Below, one piece after another: positions 50,062-63,372 of a stretch of 64,000 nucleotides of DNA (its first letter is position 1; each line of letters begins with the position of its first letter). Source of the stretch: Mobula hypostoma. Its lineage: Eukaryota. The notes under the pieces were generated by a model that was not told where the DNA came from, made no database searches, and saw only the letters and a list, made by a program, of their open reading frames with translations. The translations under genes were made by a program, and so were the position numbers. The stretch lies in the NCBI RefSeq assembly GCF_963921235.1, contig NC_086098.1, positions 3,348,001 through 3,412,000 of the forward strand. The letters are read 5' to 3'.

Positions 50062-52034
50062 TATGTCACCTTAATCAGCCTTGAGATTCACTTTCTTGTG
50101 GGCGATCACAGCAAGTAAAACAAAAATGGAATCCATGAGAAACCACACACAGCCTCCTGGTTGGTGGCTGAAATGAGAAGAGGGTGTGTCCTGCATGGTG
50201 AGAGTCCTTAACGATGGATGTTACCTTTCTGAGGCATCACCTTTTGAAGATGTGCTCTATGCTGGGGAGGCTGGGGAGGCTGGTGCCCATGATGGAGCAG
50301 ACTTCTGCAGCTTTTTCCAGTCCTCTGTATTGGAGCCTCCATGCCAGAAGATGACACAGACAATCAGAATGCCTCTGCTGTCACGACGATCAATGTTCAT
50401 AAAAAATAATGGATCATCTCGTCTCGATGAGATTTATGTAATTGGCACATGAAGTTTACAAAAAACACTGTGTTTTGTTCAGGAGATCCAGTTGCCGATC
50501 ACAGTGCAAAGACGTACCAGTTAGTTGGTTAATTGGCCATTGGAAATTGTCCTATGATTAGACGAGGGTCAAATGTGTGGGTTGCTGGGCAGAATGGCAT
50601 GTTGGGCCAGAAGGGACTGTTCTATGCTGTAAATAAAGTGGAGAAGGTGTAAAGACAAATTCAGTGGCCTGGCTTGAGTAGGAAGACTGTGTCAGGTTCA
50701 CCTTCCTGTCTTGAGCACTCCGATCATTGCTCTCTATCAAATATGAGTGTAACGGTAAGTACAAATATGGGTGCATCACTTAAAGCAACAAAAAGTGGGA
50801 AGTTGCTGGTGCAAAGTGAAAACTAAACTGTTGAAATTATAGCCCTCACAAGCAGTAAAAGCGAAGATGCTAATTGTACCATCAGAACTCTTTTTCAAGA
50901 GAATCTGCATCTAGCATGTCTGATAGTTCACAAAGATTGACAGATTAGCTTGTTTTGCCACATCTCCATCGAAACATAAAGTGAAATGTGCTGTTTGCAT
51001 CAGTGGCCTACACATGTTGGGGGCAGCCCACCAGTGTCACCAAGCTTACAAGAGAGTGTAACCTCTCAGAAAGATATCACTCTTAGTGAAAATTAAAAGA
51101 GATAGCGTTCATATTTAATAGTCGCTAACCCGTAAGTCTCTGGAATGTGGGAGGAGAACAAAGCAGCCGGGACAAATCCACATGGAACAGGAAGAACATA
51201 TAAGCTCTTTAAAGCCAGTGATCATTAGTGCAGTAAGGTTTTGTGCTAAGTGTTTCATAAATGTGCTGTCCTGTGCAAGATTCCTGGGCCCAAACTGACC
51301 TCGTCCCATTCACTCTTCCATCCCACACCCGGCTCCGTCCACTTCATCAATGATATCACTCTTTTGAGGGAAAGTGGGTGACACTGCAAATAGCTATTTG
51401 CACAAGCCAGCAACTGTCCTACGAAAGCAGATATGAGCAGTTACGCATGCAGGGAGGTATGTACTCTCCTAGTCCATGAATTACCAACATTGGGTCTCGT
51501 ATTGAGGGCTCCAAATATACTTTGAGAAAGTACTTGTACATTTCAAGATTGTTTAATGTCATTTCCAATACACAAGTGTATGGAGAAGAAAATAATTGTT
51601 ACTCTGCATCCAATGCAGTGCAAAAAGAACACAGGAGTGTCAGTACTTTAGCTGACTCTGACAGGTGGCTGGACGTGTTGACCAGCCTTGCTGCCTGGGG
51701 AAAGTAAGTCTGGTGGTCCTGGTGTGGATGCTCTGTAGCCTCCTCCCTGATAGGAGTGGGACAAACAGTCCCATTCCCATCAAAGAGGGTGGAATCATTA
51801 ATCGTGTTATTGGCCCTTTCTCGGTACCTTTCGGTATCTTATCTTCTTTATCTTCGGTTTCAGGTTGAATTCTTCAGAATTCAGCTACAGGAGATCAGGT
51901 TAGTCATAAAAGATTGTTCCGGTGATTAGTAACTTTGCAAAGTGCAGAGGATTAAGAAACTCATTTTTCTGAGAACTAGCTTTGCTGCTAACCAACACTG
52001 TTCTGCTAATCTGGGAAACTGAATCAGCGTAAAA

Positions 52035-52440
52035 CCATCGAGTCTGCTCTGCCATTCCATCAAGGCTGATTTATTATCCCTCTCAACACCACTCTCCTGC
52101 CTTCTCCCTGTAACCTTTGATGCCCTGACTAATCAGGAACCTATCAACCTCCACTTCAAATATACTCAGCGACTTGTCCTTCTCAGCGACTTGTCCTTCA
52201 CAGCTGTCTGTGGCAATGAATTCCACAGATTCAGCCTTCTCTCATTCCCCCTCATCTCCACTCTATTCTGAAGCTGCTTGCTCTGGTTTTAGGCTCCCCA
52301 ACTACAGGGAACATCCTCTCCACACCCAGGTCTTCAAATGTTTGATAGATTTCAATGAGAACCACCCACCCCCCATCTTTCTGAGCTCCAGCAAGTACAG
52401 GCCCAGAGATATCGAACGCTCCTCATATGTTAACTCTTTC
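52035..52440 (-). mobile_element. CR1 3' fragment
   Basis: Same blocks as 32393-32725. Confidence 0.75.
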
Positions 52441-52959
52441 GCAGAGTAACTCTCCACCGTCACTGTTGATACAGCACTCTGATTGCCCAGTGAATTAACT
52501 TTCTGCGATTCAAGGCTAATTTAAGCTCTGCAGACTTGATTCAAAGGCTTTGCACTTCATCCCATGCAAGATGAGCAGTTCACATCTGCACAGATAAACC
52601 TTCTGAAAACCAAACAACCTGAACATTGGTCAAAATCAAAACTAACTTTATGGCATTTTCCCAGCAATTATACTGATAGGTTGCTAATCAACTTTCTTCC
52701 TGGTTTTTGTGAGTGGATACACAGGCTCATAAACAAACATAAACCCTGCACATTTCCCCTTAAGCTCACCAATTTCATCAGCATTTTTGCTTCTTTTTCA
52801 AAATTCAAAGTAAATTTATTGTCAAAGGGCATCTGGGTCACAATACACATTTGTTGTCTTATGGGCATTCACAGTGGAACAAAAGAAAAACAGAATCGGT
52901 GAGAAACTGCACACAAAGACCAACAAACAACCAATGTGCAAAAGACAAACTGCTCAAAT

Positions 52960-52986
52960 AATTAATTAATTAATTAATTAATTAAT
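52960..52986. repeat. (ATTA)n self-complementary microsatellite
   Basis: AATTAATTAATTAATTAATTAATTAAT. Confidence 0.9.
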
Positions 52987-53302
52987 GTAAAAGAAATACT
53001 GAAAACATGAGTTATAGAGTCATTGAAAGTGAGTCCATAGGTTGGGGAATCAGCTGAGTGTTGAGTAAAATGTTTAACAACTAACTTAGTTTTTTTTTAA
53101 GGAGTCAGTCCCCTATGTTTTCGGAATCTAAAAGTGCCACTGGTAAATTCAAAATTCAAGATTGTTTAATGTCATTTCCAGTACACAAATGTAAAGGAGA
53201 ATTAAATAATTGTTACTCCAGATTCAATGCAGCACAAAAAAAACATAACACAATAATAACCAACAAAATAAATATGAATACATAAGATAGCTTCTTTACA
53301 TA

Positions 53303-53440
53303 ACAGTCCTGATGGAGAGTCTCGGCCTGAAACTTTGACTGGTTACACTTTTCCATAGATGCTACCTGCCCTGCCAAGTTCCTCCAGCATTTTGTGTGTG
53401 TTACTTTGATTTCCGGCATTTGCAGAATTTTTGTTTGTGA
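53303..53440 (+). mobile_element. Penelope pseudo-LTR end with decayed hammerhead
   Basis: AGTC-CTGATGG-agagtctcggcct-GAAACTTT-GACT then family tail. Confidence 0.7.
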
Positions 53441-53958
53441 TTCTATACATAGAATCGATACTTTAAGCAAGTCCACAAAGTGACTCTAGGCACAGGAGTG
53501 TCTGTACATAAAGTGACTCTGACAGGAAATGATAAAGTATGTATTCTGAGGAGATTGGCTTAGTGTATGTGAACTGAGATGAATTCAGGAAAGGAAGAGA
53601 GAGAATAAGGCTCAACCGCAACAGTACAGTTGAATTCACTGCTGTGTTATATGTGAGAGAGACAGAAAGAACAGTCGAGAGTTATCTACAATGACATTTC
53701 AGCTTGGATCTCTCTCTCATCCCATGGGAACAAACTGCTTTGACAGCAGTCCTGTGTCAATTTCCACATGACTGTCACTTTCACTTCTCCTCTATTATTT
53801 GCAATGAGCTGGGGCAGTTCCCAGTCTGGATAGGCTGCTGATCACTATCTCCCCGGCTCTAAGCTGCCCTGCTGTGAACCTGACTAAGGCAAAGGGACGC
53901 TGATTCTCTTTGCATGCTTTTTTCCCCTCTCTCTCTCTCTTCCTTCGCTTTTCTCCAG

Positions 53959-54048
53959 CGCCCCAGCCTTTTGTGTCTGCTTTCAAAAATGCTCTGTATG
54001 ACTGGCAGCCTGTCACAGATCAGTTACCACCTAAAGCCGCTTGGCAGG
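53959..54048 (+). other. Candidate 90-nt cassette exon of an unidentified host gene
   Basis: ~60-nt AG-free pyrimidine tract ending TTTTCTCCAG, donor AGG|GTGAGG, length divisible by 3, two frames open, non-repetitive surroundings. Confidence 0.5.
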
Positions 54049-54775
54049 GTGAGGTGACGGCCCAGGAAGGGATCTAACCGGGTTTATCAGTGCTTCTTTA
54101 CGCCTTGTGGGCTGCCTGACACAAAGGAAAGGGTATTAAAGATCTAAAGCAAACCTAAAGGCGTGAAAGCTCCTTAGAGGCTGCAAAATGCAGATGTGAC
54201 TAAATTTTTAAATATTCTGAGAGGCGGCTATTCATTCAGCCTGCAGAGAAGAGCGAAAGTGTGTTTCTTTCAAAATAAAAAGGTATACGTTCCAGTTGAA
54301 TGAGAATTAGAGTCCCTGGAACAATTAGTTTTGAGAAGCTCTGGTGAGATGGTGCCAAACAAATACATAAGCTTTATCCTATTCCCGTGCAACTAAATCG
54401 CAAATTGTATTCTTCCTCACTTGATGCAAAGAGTGTATCAGCTCTGATTAAAAAGGGCCTTAAAGTGCCTGTCTTACAGAACTGAATGAAAAGTGTGCAT
54501 CCTTGCAATGGTGATGTCCAAAGACCAGATTCATTTCCCAAACTGATCAATAGGTACAATTCAAATTACTTACTTAGAGATACAGTGTGGAGCAGGGCCA
54601 CTGAGCCATGCCCCCCAGCATCCCACCGATTTAACCCCAGCCTATTCACAGGACAACCAAAGGACCAATTAATCTCCTAATCTGCATGTCTTTGGACCGT
54701 GGGAGGAAACCGAAGCCCCCAGAGGAAACTCACACGGTCACAGGGAAAATGTACAAACTCCTTACAAACGGCACA

Positions 54776-55100
54776 AAAATTGAACTCCGACATGCCAAGC
54801 TGTAATCGACATACTGTAATGGAACTTGTTGTAATGGAATTGAACTCCAACACACTTAGCTGTAATTGACGTGTTGTAATGGAACATGCCATAATGGAAC
54901 TTGTTGTAATGGAATTGAACTCCGACATGCTGAACTGTAATCGACGTGTTGTAATGGAACGTGCCATAATGGAACGTTGTAATGGAATTGAACTCCAACA
55001 TGCTGAGCTGTACTCGCATGTTGTAATGGATCTTGTTGTAATGGAATCGAACTCCGGCATGCTGAGCTGTAATAGCATCAGCATGCTGAGCTGTAATAGT
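54776..55100. repeat. Complex tandem repeat built from a V-SINE head
   Basis: Five AAT(T/C)GAACTCC..CATGC..AGCTGTAAT units interleaved with (GTTGTAATGGAAC) subrepeats. Confidence 0.9.
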
Positions 55101-55213
55101 GTTGCACCAACTGCCACACCACAGTTGCACCCCATTATGTCTGGTACAATCCCTTCAATGCATTTATGATAGAAAACTATTAACTAAAACTGTGCTTTGC
55201 CTATTAACATTCA

Positions 55214-55625
55214 GACCATAAGATCATAAGACATAGAAGCAGAATTAGGCCATTCAGCCCATCGAGTTTGCTCTACAATTCCTTCATGGCTGATTTATTA
55301 TCTCTTTCAGCCCCATTCTCCTGCCTTCGCCCTGTAACTTTTGATATGCTGGCTAATCATGAACCCATAAACCTCCGCTTTAAATATACCCAATGACTTG
55401 GCCTCCACAAAAGTCTGTGGAAATGAATTCCACAGATTCACAACCCTCAGGCTAAAGAAATTCCTTCTCATCACTGTTCTAACTGGACGTCCTTCTATTA
55501 TGAGGCTGTGCCCTCTGGTCCAAGACTCATCTACTGTAGGAAACATCATCTCTATATCTATTCTATCAAGGACTTTCAATATACATTGTGATACATTTCA
55601 ATGAGGACACCACCCCTCCATTCTT
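55214..55625 (-). mobile_element. CR1 3' fragment
   Basis: RRNFFSLRVVNLWNSFP. Confidence 0.85.
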
Positions 55626-56534
55626 CCCATTCATATCAATTAGCACATTCCACAATATATTAGCTAATATCTCTTCAGTGGAAGCTATTAACCCATCTGT
55701 GCTCTGATTATTAAAATTTCACAGAAGTTGGATAACAACTGAAAATCAAGTACTCATAAATCGAAAATGTTTTTAAGGAACGTAGAACATTACAGCACAA
55801 TGTTGTGCCGACCTTTTAACCTATGCCAAGGTCAATCTGACCCTCCCCTCCCATACAGGGTATTGCAGAGGATAGAATAGTGAAGGCTAGTAACCAGTAA
55901 ATAGAGAAATGGATTGTGCTCATGTGGTAACAGGAACTGCAGATCCAAGTAGAGACATGGATTACAGCAGCAATGACACCCAAATTTCCAGATCTATGTA
56001 ATTGTCTACACTGATTGTTGTGATAGAAAATTGGACTTACTGTGGACAATCATTTTACTCCGTAATCAGGATCAAATCTGTTACTTATTTCAGTCTTCCT
56101 GTAGCCACCATTCTGTTATCAAAATGTAGTTTCACTAGTAATCTCAACAAATGAGAATGTAGAAGCTGTACCAAACTCATGTTCCGGTCGACCAGCTTTG
56201 ACTGGTCTCCTGGTATGTTCCAATTTTTAATAAATCACCTGTTATATCCAACATCAACTCCATGTGGCCTTTCAGTTTGCTCCTACAGTAGATCAACTTT
56301 GACTGGTCTCCCGACGTTCCAGTTTTTAATAAATCACCCATCAATTCCATAAGAACTTCCAGTTTGCTCCCTTCATTTCTCTTTCAACCATCTGCCTATC
56401 TAAGTGTCCCTTAAATGTCCCTAATGTATCTGCCTTTACCACCCCCCCATACTGCGTTCCACCCGCCTTTTAATTCAGTTATAAGCTCTGATTTCTGATC
56501 TTTCTTAACTTGTCTGAAGAACAACATGACATGG

Positions 56535-57037
56535 CTCTTTAGTAGATACACTTGTACATTAATGCTAATCACGTGGCAGCAACTCAATGCATAAAAGCAT
56601 GCAGTCATGGTCAAGAGGTTCAGTTGTTGTTCAGGCCAAACATCAGAATGAGGAAGAAATGTGATCTAAGTGACTTCGACAATGGAATTATTGGTGCCAG
56701 ACGGGGTGGTTTGAGTATTTCAGTAACTGCTGATCTCCTGAGATTATTTATGCACAACGTTCCCTAGAGCTTACAGTGAATGATAGGAAAAAGAAAACAC
56801 ATCCAGTGAGCGGTAGTCCTGTGTTTGAAAACACCTAGTTAATGAGCGAGGTCAGAGAGAATGACCAGACTGCTTCAAGCTGCCAGGAAGGTGACAGTAA
56901 CTCAAATAACCACACATTACAACAGTGGTGTGCAGCAGAGCATCTCTGAATGCACAAAATATCAAACCTTGAAGTGAATGGGCTACGGCAGCAAAGACCA
57001 CACACATACAGGAGGTACCTAATAAAGCAGCCACTGA
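56535..57037 (+). mobile_element. Non-autonomous Tc1-like element
   Basis: MRKKCDLSDFDNGIIGARRGGLSISVTADLL; terminal GTACCTAATAAAGCAGCCACTGA. Confidence 0.85.
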
Positions 57038-58889
57038 AAACTTTTTTTGCTTCATATTTAAATTGCATATATCATTTTGTAAAAAAGGTACAATTTTAAT
57101 TACTTTCCAGGTTCAATAAATCACTTGGTACGTAATGCAGCAGCCGAGCCTTTTGTTTAATTCTGCACCTACTGGAATTGCACAAGAAGAGTTTCATAAT
57201 CAGACACTGTCTTTATTTTCATTTTTTACAAGATTAAAACCTGAAAATCTGTCCATACTGAAAGAATGGAATTTAATAAGCTAGGCTGAAGACATGCCAT
57301 AGTTTCAGACACTACTTAGTGAACCCCAAGAGCTTCATTTTATTCTACATTTCTAGTTCAGGCACTTGAACCCGAGGGGGGGGGAGAAATCGGGGGATAT
57401 AACTTCACTCAGGCTAACACTGAACTGATTCCATAACCAACAGACTCATTTTTAAGGACACTACAGTCACGTTTTCAATATTTATTGTTTATATTCATTA
57501 TTGTTATTGTATTTTTATTTTTTCTCAGCTCAAGCTTGTAAAACCTGAGGATGGGCACATTTTTCAGTTGCTAGGAACTTTCAAACTATTCTATTGGAGT
57601 TTAGTATTGCGGCTTTCTGGAAATTTACAAATATATCGCTGTGTAGCTCTTATCATTTAATGCTATTGCGTAGTGACCTTGGGATGATACCAGTTGTAGA
57701 TATTACCATTGGGACAATGTATGCCTTGTTCATGTTCCATAGTCTTTCAATTTCCTTTTTTAATTCAGCGTATTTCTAGTGTTTTTCACTGATTGATTTC
57801 TGTCAGTTTTGTGTGTTTGGAATGACTAAACCTAGTAAGCAAGTTGTTCTTACTTGTTTATCCTAATTAATAAATCCAGTCAGTTATTATGGATTGTCCT
57901 ATTTTCTTTTTGTAATTAGACAATTCGTTGTCCTTTACACATTGGCTGTTTGTCCATCATTGTTGTGTGTGAAATTTTATTGATTCTAGTGTGTTTCTTT
58001 CTAATAACTGTGAATGCCCATGAGAAAGTGAGTGTCAGGGATGATGACATACATGTACTTTAATAATAAATTTACTTGGAACTTTTTGAAATTAGGTTTA
58101 TACTCCATTTTTGCCTTTGTATCGAGCTCTTATCCATTACATCACATGACACTTTCTGCACAACAGAGCAGAAATGGTCAGAAGTCCACTTTGGTCATTC
58201 AAGACATGCCTGTCAGGTTGAGAGTAAGAACAGACCAAATTGTTCACCCTGCCTCTCACCCGTTTATAATCTCTCCCTAATGGTGCTCACCCTGGGCACA
58301 AACACCTCTGAACACCAGGCAATCAGGCTAATTCCAGGTTCTCGTGTATTTATTTATCTGTCCACCCATTTTGTATGTTTTAACCACTTACGGCATCTCC
58401 CTTGGGGTTTCAAGTGACTCTCAGTCAAGTTACATTAAAAAATCAACGCTGAAGGATTTCAAGATCAATTAATGAGTTTAATAGGGGCTTATACATTGGA
58501 GGCTTTTCAGAGATGATTGAATAGGCACATGAATGTCAGGAAGATGGAGGGATGTGTATATTGAGTAGGTAGGAGGGATGGGTATTAGTGCCTGGGTGTT
58601 TTTGATTTGCTTTTCAGTTAGTTCAGCACAACATTGTGGGCCAAATAGCCTGTTCCTGTGCTGTACTCTTCTATGTTCTAACGATTCCGCGATTACTTCC
58701 TGCAACTTTAACACACTAAATCTCCCATTGTTACTACCATTGACTTAAAGATGAGTTTTATTTGTCACATGTACTCCTGTACTTCCAGTTTTCTGTTTTC
58801 ACAGGTCCCTATTGGTTTATCCTCTCATTAGGTTCCTGATTAGTGAGAGCATCAAAGGTTAATGCTTCATTTCCATCAAATCAAATCAG

Positions 58890-59565
58890 CCGGGACTGTG
58901 CTGGGGGCAGCCCACAAGTGTTGCCATTCTTCCGGTGCTAATATAGCATATGCACAACTCACTGACCCCATCTGTACCACTTTAGAATGTGAGAGGCAAC
59001 TGGAGCACCCAGAGGAAACCTTCACAGTCACGGGGAGAACGTACAAACTCCTTACAGACAGCAGTACGAATTGAAGCACAAACCTACAGCTGGTGCTATA
59101 AAGGGTTACACTAACTGTTTTTTTCACAAAACTATAAAAGTTTATTTACATCACATATACACAAGGTACTGAGATTCAATATTTACAAGACAGTAGTTTA
59201 AAATATGGTTACTACTGTCTATTAGACAGGGAGACCAGTGCTCCCAGAAGTCCCCCAATGTACCCATTGCGACCGCATGCTGCCGCTCAGCTGGGCAAGA
59301 ACGTATCCTCAGAAAAGGGGCAGGCAGTCGGCCCGGGCAGTGCTCTCCACCTTCTGCCACCTCGACCCATGAATGGCCAGCATGGCCAGGCCCAGGTCCA
59401 AGCCCACCAGGAGATCCTCCTCTCGCCCCATCCCCCTTCCGAACTGGATACCCGTAGATGAGGAGTGCGGGACTGAAATGCAGCCAGAACTTAAGCAGCA
59501 GCCCCTTTAGAAACTCAAGCAGGGGCTGCAAACTCCTACACTAACTGTTACACTGCTATGCCGCT
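58890..59565 (-). mobile_element. HE1/V-type SINE interrupted by the Tx1 fragment
   Basis: V-domain 58985-59055; head continues after 59549. Confidence 0.75.
59120..59536 (-). mobile_element. Tx1/L1-clade LINE 3' fragment
   Basis: LQPLLEFLKGLLLKFWLHFSPALLIYG..EDLLVGL.LGLA.LAI..GDFWEHW C-terminus; AATAAA (plus TTTATT 59141-59146) and short A tail; exact 13-bp TSD TACACTAACTGTT at 59107-59119 and 59537-59549. Confidence 0.82.
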
Positions 59566-60029
59566 CCTTAAAGAGCAGAGCTTCCAATAACTCCACGAGG
59601 ACTATATCCCCCCTCTCCCCCCTCCTCCCCAATAATCATGGTTCTTCCCATCATCAAATTGGCACATGTTACAGACAGAGGAGATTTTGCAGTTGCTGGA
59701 AATCTTGAGCAGCACACACAGAATGCTGGAGGAACTCGTGTTGCTTGTTTGCATGTTTCTGACCCTAATGAGGGTAAAACCTAGGAGCATTTCATTTCAC
59801 TTGAAGCTTGAGGAGATTTTGTACGTCAGCAAAGACTCTAGCTGGTTTCTACAGATGCACTGTGGAGAGCATTCTGACTGGTTTCATGGAAGTGCCACTG
59901 CACAGGATAAAAAACAGCTGCAGAGGCTTGAAGATTCAGCCAGCTTTAGTCCCCACACTATCGAGGACATCTTCAAAAAACAATGTCCCTCAGAAAGGTG
60001 GCATCCATCATGAAGGACCCTCATTATTT

Positions 60030-60320
60030 CAGGTGACACTAGTGCATAGTGGTTAGCAAAACGCTTGACGGTACCAGCGACCCAGGTTCAATTCCACTGC
60101 TGCCTGTAAGAGATTGTACATTCTCCCCTTGACCATGTGGGTTTCCTCCGCCTGCTCCCGTTTCCTCCCACAGTTCAAAAGACAACCAGTTAGTAGGTTA
60201 ATTGGTCATTGAAATTGTCCCGTGATTAGGACAGGATTAAACTGGAGGTTTCTGGGTGGTGTAGCTCGAAGAGCCAGAAGGATTTGTTCAGTGCTGCATC
60301 ACAAGAAATAATAAGTAAAT
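60030..60320 (+). mobile_element. HE1/V-type SINE nested in a Rex1 3' fragment (59790-60420)
   Basis: Complete head, V-domain and tail; Rex1 sequence resumes at ~60321. Confidence 0.75.
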
Positions 60321-61051
60321 TACCCAGGACTTGCCCCCATCTCATTGCTACCATCAGGGAGGAGGTACTGGAGCCTGAAAACACATACTCAATGTCTCAG
60401 GAACAGTGTTTTCCTCCTGAATCTTGAGACTATATCCCTTCGAGTGTCACAAGTCATGCCGAGATACACACAGACACTCAAATGTCGACGCAAATTATAT
60501 AGACAGTGTTGATACAAGCAAAGTTAAAGGTACATTTATTATCAAAGTATGTATACATAATACAACAAAGATTCACCCGGCCGTAAGCAGCCATGAAACA
60601 AAGAAACACTACAGAAAAATATCAAACAGACAAATTGTATAAATGGCAACAAGCGAGTGAACAACACACAGAATATCAACATCAAACCAGGAGCTCAGGA
60701 GTATTCAGTTTAGTTCAGTTCAGCATCACACCACAAACCGACTGTGGGTTACAGAGCCAGACTATGCTGAACAGCCCCAGACCTCACCCATCAACCTGCT
60801 CAAACCACTCAAAAACAGCCAAAAAGCGAATAAGCAGAATCCAAAGCAAGTCCACGGCCACAAACCTCGCCGATCAATCCTTGCAAAGTGGAACCAAAAC
60901 CCCTGCACTTTCCTCTGACAGCAGCTTACCACACATCTTGACACCTGGAAATACCAGCTTGCCGTATTTGTTTAGAAAGTGTTCAAGGCATTGTTCACGA
61001 GTTCAAAGGCAGGACCACACTGCCATGAAGTAGGGAAGAGACCTGTGTCAA

Positions 61052-61180
61052 CAAACAAGAGAAAATCTGCAGGTGCTGGAAATCCGATCAACGCACAAAA
61101 TGCTGGAGGAACTCAGCAGGCCAGGCAGCCACTAGAAAGAGTACTGTCGACATTTTGGGTCAAAACCCTTCGGCAGGACC
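61052..61180 (-). mobile_element. Penelope pseudo-LTR end with decayed hammerhead
   Basis: Tail plus TGTCGACATTTTGGGTCAAAACCCTTCGGCAGGAC. Confidence 0.7.
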
Positions 61181-62849
61181 CGAGACCTGTGTTGGTGACC
61201 AAGAACAATGAGCTGCCAGAAATTGGAAGGCACATAAGCAAGCTTTAAATGCCATCTAGATCAGTACCTGGATAGGAAGGTGCAGGGGGCTACGGGCCAA
61301 AAGTAGGCAAATGGTTCTTGCTGACTGGGCAACACAGTCAGATCGGCATGGAGGAGTTGGGCTGTAGGGCCTGTTTCCAATTTGCAATTGAAAGTAGTGC
61401 CATCCCAATTAGTACTAACGGAAGGGTGAAACTGCAAGGTGTGAAGTTGAGCAATAGAGCAGAACATGGTGTTTTGGCCTTCATTAGTCAGGGGATTGAG
61501 TTTAAGAGCTGCAGCTCCATTAAACCCTGGTTAGACCACACTCAGAGCCGTCCATATCCCTGACTGACCATTACTGTGCATTTTCATTCTAAATGATTTA
61601 ATATGATTACATGCTCACAGATAAATGTAATTATATACTCCTGCAATATACGCAGCACCTCAGGTTTCATTTCAAGACATAGGTTTATATAAAATATGCA
61701 AGTGAATATTTTAAATATTGTGATATTAAATTCTAATGAACACAAACACAGACCGACCCCTGGTTGATGCATGGTCTTAATTTCACTGTCATTCCTCTTA
61801 TTTTTACAAAGCAAACCTTTTCAAATATATGTTTATTATGTATTTTAAAATAATATGAAGAATCATAATTATTTTTCATGTTGGCTGTACTATATAAAGT
61901 ATAATTTTTGTAATTTTGCACAAGAGAATGAGATGAATGGTCTGAAATATTATCTATTAAATTTAAAGATTTAAATTACATAAAATTGCAACTTCTATTT
62001 TTTTTAATAAATATGCGCTTTAAGGTAATTATCTCCAATAGTTCCAAGCAGAACTGTTTCTATACTATTAAAATTAGTTGAGAAGTTACAGTTGGTAAGT
62101 GTCTTTAAAAAATTAATGAGCTCAGATATGTTGTATGTTTTAAAAATAACATGGTGGAATGAGATTTTGAAGTGGGTATTTTTGTTTCATGGTTTAACTT
62201 CGACTGAAATGTACCTACTTCCAATGCTTGGTTATGCATTATGGCAAGCTCCTGGACAGAAACAGAGATACAAAAGAATATTAAACAATAGTCTGACAAC
62301 GTAGTCTGTCCTAATATCATCACTGGGACCTATAAGCTGCATGGGTGATGGCCAAGTAATTGGTTGTTCGCTTCTGTCCTTGTCTCACCCTGACACTTCC
62401 ACAGATGCCCCGAACAATGCTCCAAAGACTGTGTTCACTGGGGGCAAGCTCTCATTAATCATTCCAGGCTGACAGGAGTAGGCCCACCTGCATCTGTTCA
62501 ACGAACCCTCAGCGATTTCGGTGTTGAGCCTCTCTATGCTTCCAGGCAAGAAACACACATTTGTAGAGGTGTAAGGAATCCAAGCACACACATGAAGAGG
62601 GAGCTTTGATTATCCTGTAACAACTACTGCTAATCACTTTTGTTTCCTCCAACTGTTTGGTGGCTGAGGTCGCCATATTGATTGGATTGAAAGGTGTCCC
62701 CTTTAGAGTTCTCTTCCTCTCTCTCAAGGAACACTGACAGGTTCATATCACTCAACTATTCTTGCTTCTTCCTCTTTCATCTAGACTTCAGCTGATGTGT
62801 CAGTAATATCAACGCATTACGTGAGCATCACAACACTGCCTGCTCTTAG

Positions 62850-63372
62850 GTCACAGAACAGGCCCTTCAGCCCATGATGTTGTGTAAAAGTTTTAACCTA
62901 TTCCAAGATCAATCTGAACATTTCCCTCTGATATAACCCTCCATTTTTCTTTCATCTATGTGCCTATCAAAGAGTCTTTAAATGTCCCTGATTAAACTGC
63001 CTGTACTCCAACCCCTGGCAGAGTGTTTCATGTACCAAATACTGTGTAAACAAAAAACTTATCTTTGACCCACCCTAGACTTTCCTCCAATCACCTTAAA
63101 ACTACTTCCTCCTATTAGCCAATTCAAACCTGGGAAAAAGTCTCTCACTGTCCACTTCACTTATGCCTCTTATCATCTTGTACACCTCTATCAGGTCATT
63201 TCTAATCCTCCTTCATACCAAAGCCCTAACTCATTCAACCCATTCTCAGTCCTCAACATGCTCGCTAATCTAGGCAGCATCCTTGTAAACCTGCTCTGCA
63301 CCCTCTCCAAGGCCTCCTATAAAGAAGCAACCAGAACTGAACACTAACTGGTGTTTTATAGAGCTGTAGCAT
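62850..63372 (-). mobile_element. CR1 3' fragment
   Basis: Similar to 21790-22370. Confidence 0.8.

Noticed and set aside
54677..55169. Repetitive-protein ORFs on both strands
   Set aside because: Translations of the SINE-derived tandem repeat
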